From Nitrospirales bacterium (GTDB lineage: Bacteria; Nitrospirota; Nitrospiria; Nitrospirales; UBA8639): a stretch of DNA of 64,000 nt. The stretch spans positions 1,952,001 to 2,016,000 of the forward strand of contig OY729426.1 in NCBI GenBank assembly GCA_963422365.1, given 5' to 3'. Within the stretch, counting starts at the first letter, position 1; every line of letters starts with the position of its first letter. Below the pieces are notes generated by a model that saw only the letters and a program-made list of their open reading frames with translations, searched no databases and was not told the origin of the DNA. The position numbers and the translations under genes were made by a program. Below are positions 9,752-19,125 of the stretch, piece after piece.

Positions 9752-10786
9752 ATGAATACTCAACTTCCCATTCGTACAATGGATGAATTTCGTGATGCTG
9801 TCTCTACCTTTCGCTTGTCACGTGTTTTTGCTACGGCATTGGATCTCGACCTCTTTACCTGCATGGGACATAGATTTTGGACCCCCAAAGCCTTGGCCAA
9901 AACGTTGAAGGCCAGTGAACGGGGAATCGAGATTCTCCTTCGCAACTTGGAAACCGCCGGCTTACTCAAACAACGGGGACCTTCCTATGGCGTAGAGAGA
10001 GTCGGTCGCACTTTTTTGAATCGAAACAGTCCGGCTTATCAAGGGGCCTATTTGGATCTCCTCCATCGCCAGTGGGAAAATTGGGCACAGCTCACTAATG
10101 CCGTTCGAACGGGCAAACCGATTGAAAATGAAGGACCGGATGAGCCGGAATATCGACGATCATTTACCTGGGCGATGCATCAGCGCTCCGTAAAGCCTGC
10201 AAAACAAGTGGCCGCCCAACTCAATCTGAACAACGCAAAAATGCTGTTGGACGTTGGAGGAGGGCCCGGCACGTATGCAGTAGAGTTTTTGAAGAAAAAT
10301 TCTACGTTGCAGGCAGGGATCTGGGATCGTCACCCAGCTCTTGAAGTCGCCCAAGAAATCGCCAAACCGTTACGACATGGCAAGCGACTGTCCTATTACC
10401 CAGGCGATCTTTTTGAAAGTCCGGTGCCTGGAAAATTTGATGTGATGTGGGTATCGAACGTACTGCACATTTTTTCGCCGACTGAAAATAAAACCCTACT
10501 CCGAAAACTCAAACGGGCGCTCAACCCCGGAGGACGCATTCTGATTCAAGATACCTTCCTTATGAACAAACCAGGATTCGACATCGCAGAAACCAACCTG
10601 TTTGCGATCACGATGCTCTTATTCACCCCAACGGGGAACACCTATAGCGCCCAAGACGTACAACAGTGGCTCAAGACCTGCGGACTCAAAAAAACCAGGT
10701 GCCTTCAGTTGAAAAAAGGAACCGGTGATTGGGACGGGGTCATTATTGAAGGAAAGGTGGAGAAGCCGTACATCCCCCATAAATAA
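9752..10786 (+). CDS. SAM-dependent O-methyltransferase (Methyltransf_2 with dimerisation domain)
   Basis: N-terminal ALDLDLF/winged-helix region, LLDVGGGPG, GDLF, SNVLH, LNPGGRILIQD. Confidence 0.92.
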   Translation: MNTQLPIRTMDEFRDAVSTFRLSRVFATALDLDLFTCMGHRFWTPKALAKTLKASERGIEILLRNLETAGLLKQRGPSYGVERVGRTFLNRNSPAYQGAYLDLLHRQWENWAQLTNAVRTGKPIENEGPDEPEYRRSFTWAMHQRSVKPAKQVAAQLNLNNAKMLLDVGGGPGTYAVEFLKKNSTLQAGIWDRHPALEVAQEIAKPLRHGKRLSYYPGDLFESPVPGKFDVMWVSNVLHIFSPTENKTLLRKLKRALNPGGRILIQDTFLMNKPGFDIAETNLFAITMLLFTPTGNTYSAQDVQQWLKTCGLKKTRCLQLKKGTGDWDGVIIEGKVEKPYIPHK

Positions 10787-10915
10787 TGTCGCAGCCGCAT
10801 CCCATGCGACCTAACCGCGTATCTGACTAACGACCTACCATCTATCGATGGTACTCAGGACAGGTAAGATCTCGCCGCGAAAAAATTCATTCGGATCCCT
10901 ACGACGCAGGCCTTC

Positions 10916-13411
10916 ATGACCTTTATACTGAACATTCTGTACCACGTTGTTATCCAGCCTCTGGAAATCAGTTTCGGATTTCTATTCCAGGCCTTTACCG
11001 AACAGACGACCGTCGGCATGGCCATTGTGCTGATTAGCCTGGTGGTCAATGTGCTGCTGTTGCCGGTGCAGTGGCACAGTGATACTGCGCTGGCGCGATT
11101 GCGGCAAAAACAGAAAGCCATCGAGCCGACAATCCATGACATCAAACGGGCGTATCGGGGATCAAAACGATTTTTCATGTTGCGTACGCTGTATCGGCAG
11201 GCCGATTATCACCCGGCCATGGAGCTGAAAACCACCCTCGGACTTATGGTTCAAATTCCATTTTTCATCGCCGCCTGGCGATTTCTAAGCCAGGAGCCGG
11301 CGCTGGTACAGACAGCGTTCGGGCCGCTGTCGGACCTCAGCCGTGCGGATGGCCTGGGACCGCTGGGGCTCAATCTCCTGCCGTTGCTGATGACCCTCCT
11401 GAGCCTCATCTCGGCCATGCTGTATCACCAACGCCACGGGCGCGGTGCGTGGCTTCAGACCGGCGGGCTGGCGGTGGTGTTTCTGATTCTGCTATATCCG
11501 TCAGCCTCCGGCGTGGTGGTGTACTGGACGGTCAACAATCTGTTTTCGCTGCTGAAACATATCGTTCCTCTGCGCCGTCCTGTCGCCATGACGGATGACG
11601 ACCCTGCCAGCCTCCTGTTTCTATCCTCATTGAGTGCGCGTCGAGTCCACGAAGTGTATGCGCTGTCGGTCTGCATTCTGCTGGCGACCATCTTTTATAT
11701 TGCGCCGCTCAATCTGTTCAATTCGGACCCGCTGGAGTTCCGTCATTTTTTCTCCGATATACTGGCGTTTCATTATTCGATCTTCGTGCGAATCGCCATC
11801 GTGTTGACTGTTGTGTACCTGTGCGCATCGGCGGGAATCAAACGGGTGCTTGCCGGCGTGGTGTTTTATGTCGCCTTGGTCAGTGCGCTCTATGGCTACG
11901 TGTTCAAGGGCGATTATGGGCCAATGACGGCCTTTACTTTCAACAATAACAATCTGTCCGAATTGTGGCCGGATATGGTCATTATGTATGACTTCGCCAT
12001 TGTGGTGGTCACGGCGGCGGGCTGCTGGTTGCTGCTGTCGCGGGCAGTCAAGCTGGTGCCCGATATTCTGCGCGTACTGAGCTTGAGTCTTTGTATTTAC
12101 GCGGTGTTTATCAGCGTTGAAGCCATAAAAGTGCTACCCCCCCCCCCCCCCCATAAAATTGAACGGCACGATATAGCGGTATTATCCGATCAGACCACGG
12201 CGGCCTCAGCCGAAAAGTTTTACGCCTTTTCCAGGGATCGGCAAAACGTGGTGGTGGTGATGTTGGATATGTTTGATGGCGGCGCGATCGATGAATTGTT
12301 GCGCCGCTATCCGCATTTAAGAGCCGAACTGGACGGCTTTATCTGGTATCCCAACACCGTGACTCCAGGCACCTCCACGCTCGTATCCGAGCCAGCCATC
12401 CACGGCGGTCACCGGTTTAGCCCTGAACACTTCGTCGATTCCATCAATGCTAATCCTCAGTTGGTTGACGATTATATCGTCGGCGGCTATGAACTCATGG
12501 TGGACGTGTTTGCGGAGGCCGACTTCCGTATTGCCCTGACCGGCGTGCAATCAATTGGATGTAGCCAGATTGAAGCCCGAATTGACTCGCCCCACCTCAC
12601 CCGTTGCATCGGCATGCACGACTATGGAACCGTATTTGCCGACTATTGGGCCACGGCTCACCCAGAGGAATTTTCGACCTTTTTCAATGGGGATCTGCGT
12701 CTGTCTAGACGGAAATCGATAGGGAGAAAATTACTGGGGGTGATAGGTCTGTTTCGTGTTGCACCCTATCGGCTCAGGCAACATATTTACCAGCGTCAGT
12801 GGTTGGGTCAAGTCAAGGGTACGGGGAAATGGAGACAGTTTTCTGCCCTGGCTTCTCTGCCCAGCGTCAGTTTTATCGATGACTCGCCTTTGCGTACCCT
12901 ACACTACCTGCAGACTCAGCTGACACATCACCCGTTCAATGTCAGCGAAGGGTGTCAGCTCTTGGTGCATACCGGCTATCATGAACAGGATAGGGCAACT
13001 TGGGCGCAATACTGTACGCTCAAACTCTTGGGCAACTGGATAACCTGGATGAAAGCGCACCACGTCTATGATAATACCCGGATTATTTTCGTCTCGGATC
13101 ATAATCTTTTCGAGGTGAAGAACGATCTGCCTGTGCTTATGAGCGTGCATGGGTTGATGATGATTAAGGATTTTGCATCTCATGGCCCGGTGAGGGAAGA
13201 TCGTCGGCTGCTATCCGCGGCAGATACCCTGGCCATTGCCTACTCCGGCTTTGGTGACGATGCCCGCCTGATTCAGGATCCGACCCGACACTCCATTGCC
13301 AACCGAAAGTTGCGGGTCAGTAAGTACAGTGGCAACCAAAAACGCATTATCGCCCAGTACGAAGTCACCGGATCTATTTTCGAGCCAGAGAACTGGAAGC
13401 AGATCAAATAG
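10916..13411 (+). CDS. fusion of a YidC/Oxa1-like membrane domain, extra TM helices and an alkaline-phosphatase-superfamily (LtaS/sulfatase-like) domain
   Basis: YidC-like N-terminus: GMAIVLISLVVNVLLLP, QIPFFIA, DLSRAD, NLLPLLMT, SGVVVYWTVNNLFSL. C-terminus: NVVVVMLD, candidate Thr nucleophile in GTSTLVS, THHPF, VYDNTRIIFVSDH. Confidence 0.8.
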   Translation: MTFILNILYHVVIQPLEISFGFLFQAFTEQTTVGMAIVLISLVVNVLLLPVQWHSDTALARLRQKQKAIEPTIHDIKRAYRGSKRFFMLRTLYRQADYHPAMELKTTLGLMVQIPFFIAAWRFLSQEPALVQTAFGPLSDLSRADGLGPLGLNLLPLLMTLLSLISAMLYHQRHGRGAWLQTGGLAVVFLILLYPSASGVVVYWTVNNLFSLLKHIVPLRRPVAMTDDDPASLLFLSSLSARRVHEVYALSVCILLATIFYIAPLNLFNSDPLEFRHFFSDILAFHYSIFVRIAIVLTVVYLCASAGIKRVLAGVVFYVALVSALYGYVFKGDYGPMTAFTFNNNNLSELWPDMVIMYDFAIVVVTAAGCWLLLSRAVKLVPDILRVLSLSLCIYAVFISVEAIKVLPPPPPHKIERHDIAVLSDQTTAASAEKFYAFSRDRQNVVVVMLDMFDGGAIDELLRRYPHLRAELDGFIWYPNTVTPGTSTLVSEPAIHGGHRFSPEHFVDSINANPQLVDDYIVGGYELMVDVFAEADFRIALTGVQSIGCSQIEARIDSPHLTRCIGMHDYGTVFADYWATAHPEEFSTFFNGDLRLSRRKSIGRKLLGVIGLFRVAPYRLRQHIYQRQWLGQVKGTGKWRQFSALASLPSVSFIDDSPLRTLHYLQTQLTHHPFNVSEGCQLLVHTGYHEQDRATWAQYCTLKLLGNWITWMKAHHVYDNTRIIFVSDHNLFEVKNDLPVLMSVHGLMMIKDFASHGPVREDRRLLSAADTLAIAYSGFGDDARLIQDPTRHSIANRKLRVSKYSGNQKRIIAQYEVTGSIFEPENWKQIK
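12137..12152 (+). repeat. poly-C homopolymer (16 C) inside the CDS
   Basis: gtgcta-C16-ataaaatt, encoding L-PPPPP-H. Confidence 0.95.
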
Positions 13412-13420
13412 CAAACCGCC

Positions 13421-14749
13421 ATGGCGCACATACCTTTGTCTATAAAGATATTGCCGACTGTTTTGATTATCCTGGTGCTGACCAGCACGCCGGCTTACGC
13501 CTATCTCGATCCGGGAACCGGCAGTCTGCTGTTCGCCGCGATCTCCGGGCTAGTGGCCAGCGCGTATTTCGCCTTGAAGGGGTTGATGTATCGGCTATCT
13601 TCCTTGATTGGTCTTGTGAACAAGACCTCAGCGAGGCACCGCCAGAAATATGGCATTGTGTTGTACTCTGAAGGCGGGCAATACTCTTCCACCTTTGTGC
13701 CGCTGATACAGGCGCTGGCGGAGCGCAACGTGCCCTGCGTTTATCTGAGTTCCGACCCGGACGACCCCGGACTGCGTGCCGACTATCCGCTGCTTGAAAC
13801 CGAGTTCATCGGCAGGGGAAACGCTGCCTACCGGCGGTTGAACTGGCTGGAAGCGGACCTGTGCGTGTTCACCACGCCTGGGCTGGACGTCTTGCAGATC
13901 AGGCGCTCCCCTAGGGTGAAACATTATTGCCATATCGTCCATGCGCCGACGGATATTTGGCTGTACGAGCTGTTTTCGTTCGACTATTTCGATACCTTGA
14001 TGTGCAGCGGTGAGCACCAGATCCGCAGCCTGCGAGCGCTTGAGCAAACGCGCGGCACGCCCCCTAAGACCTTGCTGAAAACCGGCTGTGTGTATTTTGA
14101 CGGCCTGCTCCGGCGGGCCCGTGCCGATGGCGCGGCGAACCCCTCACCCTCCGGTTCCTCGACACGTACCCTGTTGATTGCCCCCACTTGGGGCCAAAAC
14201 AGTCTGCTGCTGCGCTGCGGCAACGCCCTGTTGCATACCCTGCTGGACACCGGACATCGAGTGATCGTACGGCCGCATCCGCAAAGTTTCGTCTCCGACA
14301 AAACCTTGATCAATGACTTCGAAAAAACCTGGCAGGGTAGCGCCAATGTGCAGTGGGATACCAGCAACGACGCCTACTCCAGCATGGCCGCTGCCGCTGT
14401 GCTCATTTCCGATATTTCAGGCATTATTTTTGATTACGCCTTCGTCTTCGAAAAGCCGGTGATCACCATCGCCGCCCATCCCGACCTGTGCGGCAAGGAA
14501 GCCATCGACCTGCCTGAGGGCGAAACCATCTGGGAACTCGACGCCATCGGCAAACTGAGCACCGTCGTCCCAGTAGCCCAGATCGATCAGCTGCCGACCA
14601 TCATCCAACAACTCGCATTACCTTCGGCCCCGCGATCCCAGGCCCGCCGTCTATGTGCCGAATCACTCTTCCATTTCGGTGAAGCCGGCGCGGTCGCAGC
14701 CGAACAGTTGATCGCAATCCAGCAGGGGCTTGAGATCGATCGAAGGTAG
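13421..14749 (+). CDS. CDP-glycerol glycerophosphotransferase (TagF/TagB-like) family protein
   Basis: N-terminal AYAYLDPGTGS plus TM; LLIAPTWG, IVRPHPQ, LISDISGIIFDYAF..KPVI motifs. Confidence 0.85.
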   Translation: MAHIPLSIKILPTVLIILVLTSTPAYAYLDPGTGSLLFAAISGLVASAYFALKGLMYRLSSLIGLVNKTSARHRQKYGIVLYSEGGQYSSTFVPLIQALAERNVPCVYLSSDPDDPGLRADYPLLETEFIGRGNAAYRRLNWLEADLCVFTTPGLDVLQIRRSPRVKHYCHIVHAPTDIWLYELFSFDYFDTLMCSGEHQIRSLRALEQTRGTPPKTLLKTGCVYFDGLLRRARADGAANPSPSGSSTRTLLIAPTWGQNSLLLRCGNALLHTLLDTGHRVIVRPHPQSFVSDKTLINDFEKTWQGSANVQWDTSNDAYSSMAAAAVLISDISGIIFDYAFVFEKPVITIAAHPDLCGKEAIDLPEGETIWELDAIGKLSTVVPVAQIDQLPTIIQQLALPSAPRSQARRLCAESLFHFGEAGAVAAEQLIAIQQGLEIDRR

Positions 14750-14922
14750 GTGGATGGAAAATACCTCCAGTGTCTTCAATTGAACAAGGAACCGGTAATT
14801 GGGAGGCATGATTGAAGCCATAGAGAAGGAAAAGGAGGCGTAACAATACAGGAAAACACAACAAATTGCCTATCAGGCATATCCCCCTCGGGCTCAAGCT
14901 TCAGGCTATTCTCCCTCTCGTC

Positions 14923-15303
14923 TTACGAAGCAGAGAAGAGCCCATGTCCTCCCAACAGGATGAGGAAAAAATTCAAGACTGCACTTGTGACAAGAATACA
15001 GAAAAAGTGGATTGCCTCGTCAGGCCCAGGGCTGACCTGAGCCACCGTTGCAACATCCAATGCCAACCCGATTGTTCCATACATAACCCCAACCATAGAA
15101 GTCCATCGTTTTCCAGTCAGACAGACTCCACCGACTAGTAATGGAAGTCCGAATCCAAACCCGTACCAGATAGATTGATGGAGATTTAAGGTCAATTCTT
15201 TCTCAGGTTGAAGGGCATCGAAGGCCATGGCACTGACGAAAAGTCCAAAACAGAGCGTTGCCATCAGGCGATACGTCCAATTTCCTGCACCGGTTGGGGT
15301 CAT
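14923..15303 (-). CDS. hypothetical membrane protein (about 4 TM)
   Basis: Four hydrophobic segments; start chosen at ATG 15303. Confidence 0.7.
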   Translation of the reverse strand: MTPTGAGNWTYRLMATLCFGLFVSAMAFDALQPEKELTLNLHQSIWYGFGFGLPLLVGGVCLTGKRWTSMVGVMYGTIGLALDVATVAQVSPGPDEAIHFFCILVTSAVLNFFLILLGGHGLFSAS

Positions 15304-15443
15304 GAGAAGTCCATGGCTAAAGAGAGTATGTTGTAAAGGTCGTTTGTTTCCGTGGAGTTCCTCACACGAGTGGGCTCCGCTCTGATTCGAAACCATTTTG
15401 CCGTCATAGGATGTAAAGTCAAGGCCTAAGCCCCACTCGTCGA

Positions 15444-15473
15444 TTGACACTCCAATTCAGCCAAGCCTAGAAT
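15444..15473 (+). promoter_or_regulatory. sigma70-type promoter for the EF-G paralogue
   Basis: TTGACA-18 nt-TAGAAT, followed by a GGAGG RBS and ATG at 15500. Confidence 0.6.
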
Positions 15474-15499
15474 GCCAACAATCACAAGGGGGAGGGCGT

Positions 15500-17590
15500 A
15501 TGACACAATCTCATTCTATTCGAAACGTGGTTTTTACGTCATATGTTGGTACTGGAAAAACTTCTCTCGTTGAAGCCCTGCTGTTTTCTGCCGGTGTGAC
15601 GTCGTCGATGGGTACTACCGCTAATGGAACTACCGTGGCCGACTTCGAAGCAGAAGAGATTCAGCATCATCATTCCATGAATACGGCCCTTCTTCAGTAT
15701 GAGCACAAAGGGGTTCTCCTGACCCTGCTCGACACTCCAGGTTCGCTGGATTTTTTTGCTGATACCCAAAATACGATTCACGTAGCCGATGGCGCGGTGT
15801 TAGTCGTCAGCGCTTCAGGTATACGATCGGAACTGGATCGGGTCTGGGCTTCTATTCAAGCGCGTGAACTTCCCTGCCTTGTGTTTATTAATGAACTGAA
15901 TAAGGAACGAGCGAATTTTGAATCCATTTTAGAAGAGATTCAGAAAACGCTTGAGACCAAATGCGTGCCGATTGCCTATCCCATTGGCGAAGAAGCGAAT
16001 CTGCGAGGCGTGGCGGACTTGGTGACGCAGAAAGCCATAATCCCTGTACCCAACAGTCATAAAGTACTGGAAGAAGAAATACCTGCAGACCTGAAAGATA
16101 AAATTTCAAAATTCCGGAAACAATTAGTTGAAACCGTAGCTGAGACCAACGACGACCTGGTGGAAAAATATTTGAGCGAAGGTGATCTGACTCAAGAGGA
16201 AATCCTTCAAGGGCTGATCCTGAGCACGAAAACCCGTCAGTGTCTCCCTGTCTTGTGCGGTTCCGCGATCCTGAATCTCGGCTCCACCGTACTGCACAAT
16301 GCGATCATTCAATACCTGCCTTCTCCAGCAGAAAGAGCTGAAACGTTTCCGTTCACAGGATCTCATCCCCACACGAGTGAAGAACTCGTGCGGCCCATGA
16401 GCGCAGAGGAGCCCTTTTCCGGCTTTGTATTCAAGACGACCATCGATCCCTTTATGGGCCGACTCACGTATCTTAAGGTTTGTTCAGGAGTGCTCGAAGC
16501 CGATTCAACCTTTTTCAATTCCGTGAGAAACATCAAAGAAAAAGGGGGACATCTGTATTCTTTGCAAGGAAAGAAAAGCACTCAAACGCAACGAGCGACG
16601 GCAGGTGAGATTGTGGTCATGGGAAAACTCAAGGAGACCCAGACGGGTGAAACGATTTGTGCCGATAAGTCTCCGATTATTTTTCCTCCGGTGAAGCTCC
16701 GTCGGCCCGTGATGTCGTTTGCGCTTGAGCCGAAATCGAAGGGTGACATTGATAAAGTGAGTCTGGGTCTCCACAAGTTGGTCGAAGAAGATGCGTCATT
16801 AGAATTTATCAGAAATGATGAAACCAAAGAAATGTTGCTCAGTGGAGTCGGGCAAACTCATATCGAGTTGACCCTGGAAAAACTCCACCGGAAATACGGA
16901 GTGGACGTCAATCTTCATACACCGAAAGTCGCGTATCGCGAGACCATTCAAAAAATGGCCCAGGCCCAGGGAAAATATAAAAAACAAACAGGCGGCCATG
17001 GGCAATACGGTGATTGTTGGCTTCAGCTTGACCCTTTACCGCGCAATGGCGGATTTGAATTTCTCAATAAAATCGTTGGAGGGGTGATTCCACGGAATTT
17101 TATTCCTGCGGTGGAAAAAGGCGTCATTGAAGCCATGCACGAGGGCATTCTCGCAGGCTTCCCGGTCGTGGACGTGCAAGTGAAGGTCTATGACGGGTCC
17201 CATCATCCTGTTGACTCTTCGGAAATGGCCTTTAAGGTCGCGGCCTCGATGGGGTTTAAAAAAGCCATGGAATCGGCACAGCCCGTTCTCCTCGAACCGA
17301 TCATGATTGTTGAAGTGACGGTACCGGACGACGTGGTGGGCGCAGTGATTGGCGATTTAAACAGTCGGCGCGGTCGAATTCTGGGAATGGATACCAAAGG
17401 GCATAATCAAATCGTGAAGGCCGTAGTCCCGTTGGCTGAAATTCTGAAGTATGCGCCCGTCTTGACATCCATTACCGCTGGGAAGGGTTCTTATGCCATG
17501 GAATTTTCAGGCTATGACCAGGCGCCCCGTGAGGTGGTCAATAAGGTCGTCGAGGAATACAAAGCCGCGAAAGCGGCGGCTTCATCCTAA
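15500..17590 (+). CDS. fusA: elongation factor G paralogue (EF-G2-like)
   Basis: GTGKTS, DTPG, YRETI, KKQTGGHGQYG, DGSHHPVDSSEMAFK, LLEPI, GDLNSRRG. Not in an rpsL-rpsG-tuf context. Confidence 0.92.
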   Translation: MTQSHSIRNVVFTSYVGTGKTSLVEALLFSAGVTSSMGTTANGTTVADFEAEEIQHHHSMNTALLQYEHKGVLLTLLDTPGSLDFFADTQNTIHVADGAVLVVSASGIRSELDRVWASIQARELPCLVFINELNKERANFESILEEIQKTLETKCVPIAYPIGEEANLRGVADLVTQKAIIPVPNSHKVLEEEIPADLKDKISKFRKQLVETVAETNDDLVEKYLSEGDLTQEEILQGLILSTKTRQCLPVLCGSAILNLGSTVLHNAIIQYLPSPAERAETFPFTGSHPHTSEELVRPMSAEEPFSGFVFKTTIDPFMGRLTYLKVCSGVLEADSTFFNSVRNIKEKGGHLYSLQGKKSTQTQRATAGEIVVMGKLKETQTGETICADKSPIIFPPVKLRRPVMSFALEPKSKGDIDKVSLGLHKLVEEDASLEFIRNDETKEMLLSGVGQTHIELTLEKLHRKYGVDVNLHTPKVAYRETIQKMAQAQGKYKKQTGGHGQYGDCWLQLDPLPRNGGFEFLNKIVGGVIPRNFIPAVEKGVIEAMHEGILAGFPVVDVQVKVYDGSHHPVDSSEMAFKVAASMGFKKAMESAQPVLLEPIMIVEVTVPDDVVGAVIGDLNSRRGRILGMDTKGHNQIVKAVVPLAEILKYAPVLTSITAGKGSYAMEFSGYDQAPREVVNKVVEEYKAAKAAASS

Positions 17591-17654
17591 GGCAGGGTCT
17601 TGCCCCCGGTCCGAGGGCCCTCACGTCTGAGCTATATAAATCCCAGCACGTCTC

Positions 17655-19055
17655 TTAACTCGGGGGTTTTAATACGACAAAAAACGTTCTCGACTCTCGA
17701 AGGATCCGCAGGAGGATCGTCTCGCCAGGCTGAATCGCTTCGAGGGTTTGGCGAAATTCCCTCATGGTGGGCACTTCGGTGCGATTGACTTCCTCAATAA
17801 TATCTCCTTTTCGTAATCCCTCCGCATACGCGAGACTCCCCTGAGCAACTTGAACGACGAGTATGCCAGTCGTTTGGTCGATGGAAAACTTCTTGGCCAA
17901 CTCTTCGGTCATAGGAGATACATCGATTCCTAAATCAACTTCAGCGGGGGTTGGAGGTAGTAAAGCCACGATGGGCGTATCTTGTTTCACTCCCAACAAG
18001 ACGGGGAGTTGGAGTGGCGTCCCATCCCGTATGATATGGACCAATACCTGGTCACCAGGAGAAAAACTTGCGACCACCCGGGATAACTGATTGGGTGACT
18101 CCAATCGTTCATTCCCGATTTGGGTAATAATATCCCCGGATTTAATGCCCGCCTGGTCCGCTGGATCATCGGCAAACACTTCATTCACCAGAATACCTGT
18201 GACATCCGTGACACCAAATTTATCCGCGATCTGCTCGGTCAACGGCTGAATCCCAACCCCAAGCCAACCTCGAACTACTTTACCGCCTGTTTTGAGTTGA
18301 TCGATAATACGGCTCGCCATATTGGAGGGAATCGCAAAGCCAATGCCTTGGGCAAGATTAATAATGGCCGTGTTGATCCCAATGACCTCGCCTCGTAGAT
18401 TAAAGAGGGGCCCACCGGAATTTCCTGGATTGATCGACGCATCGGTTTGGATAAAGTTTTCATAACGGGACAAATTCATGTTTTCTCGTCCAATCCCACT
18501 CACAACCCCCAGGGTGACGGTTCGGTCCAATCCGAACGGATTACCCACAGCCAAGACCCATTGTCCGACTTTGACCGTACTGGAATCTCCAAATGTCGCG
18601 CTTGGCAGTTTGTGGTCTGCGTTGACTTTCAAAAGCGCAAGGTCGGTGTCGGGATCCTGCGCGACGATTTCTGCAATAAGAGTCAATTGATCGGAAAAAT
18701 GGACTTCGGCTTCCACGCCATTATTAATGACGTGATTATTGGTCACAATATAGCCATCTTCATGGATCACCACACCTGAACCCGATCCCGGTACCTTAAA
18801 GCGACCTTGACGTGGAATTCTTCCAGGCTGGGAAAGTTGTCGGATAGTGGACACTCCCACCACTGTCGGGGTGACGTGTTCGGCTAGCTGTGAAATAGCC
18901 TCTTGAATCTCTTCAAGGACTTGAAGCCCTTTAGACTCTTCTATTTGAGAAGCAACAGCCGTGGCATAAGCTGAAATAACAAGGACCGTGGTGACCGTAA
19001 GGAGAGAACGGAATGGAAAAACCCAAGGGAAAGGCCGAGTTGGCTGGGAGGGCAT
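17655..19055 (-). CDS. degP: Do/DegP/HtrA serine protease with two PDZ domains
   Basis: GSGSG, TNNHV, DTDLAL, IQTDASINPGNSGGPL, RGWLGV. The start is approximate. Confidence 0.93.
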   Translation of the reverse strand: MPSQPTRPFPWVFPFRSLLTVTTVLVISAYATAVASQIEESKGLQVLEEIQEAISQLAEHVTPTVVGVSTIRQLSQPGRIPRQGRFKVPGSGSGVVIHEDGYIVTNNHVINNGVEAEVHFSDQLTLIAEIVAQDPDTDLALLKVNADHKLPSATFGDSSTVKVGQWVLAVGNPFGLDRTVTLGVVSGIGRENMNLSRYENFIQTDASINPGNSGGPLFNLRGEVIGINTAIINLAQGIGFAIPSNMASRIIDQLKTGGKVVRGWLGVGIQPLTEQIADKFGVTDVTGILVNEVFADDPADQAGIKSGDIITQIGNERLESPNQLSRVVASFSPGDQVLVHIIRDGTPLQLPVLLGVKQDTPIVALLPPTPAEVDLGIDVSPMTEELAKKFSIDQTTGILVVQVAQGSLAYAEGLRKGDIIEEVNRTEVPTMREFRQTLEAIQPGETILLRILRESRTFFVVLKPPS

Positions 19056-19125
19056 CTGTTTACGGTACAAAAATGGCTTATCAAAAAAATGTCGCATAAT
19101 AATTATTATGTCAATTTATAGATTT

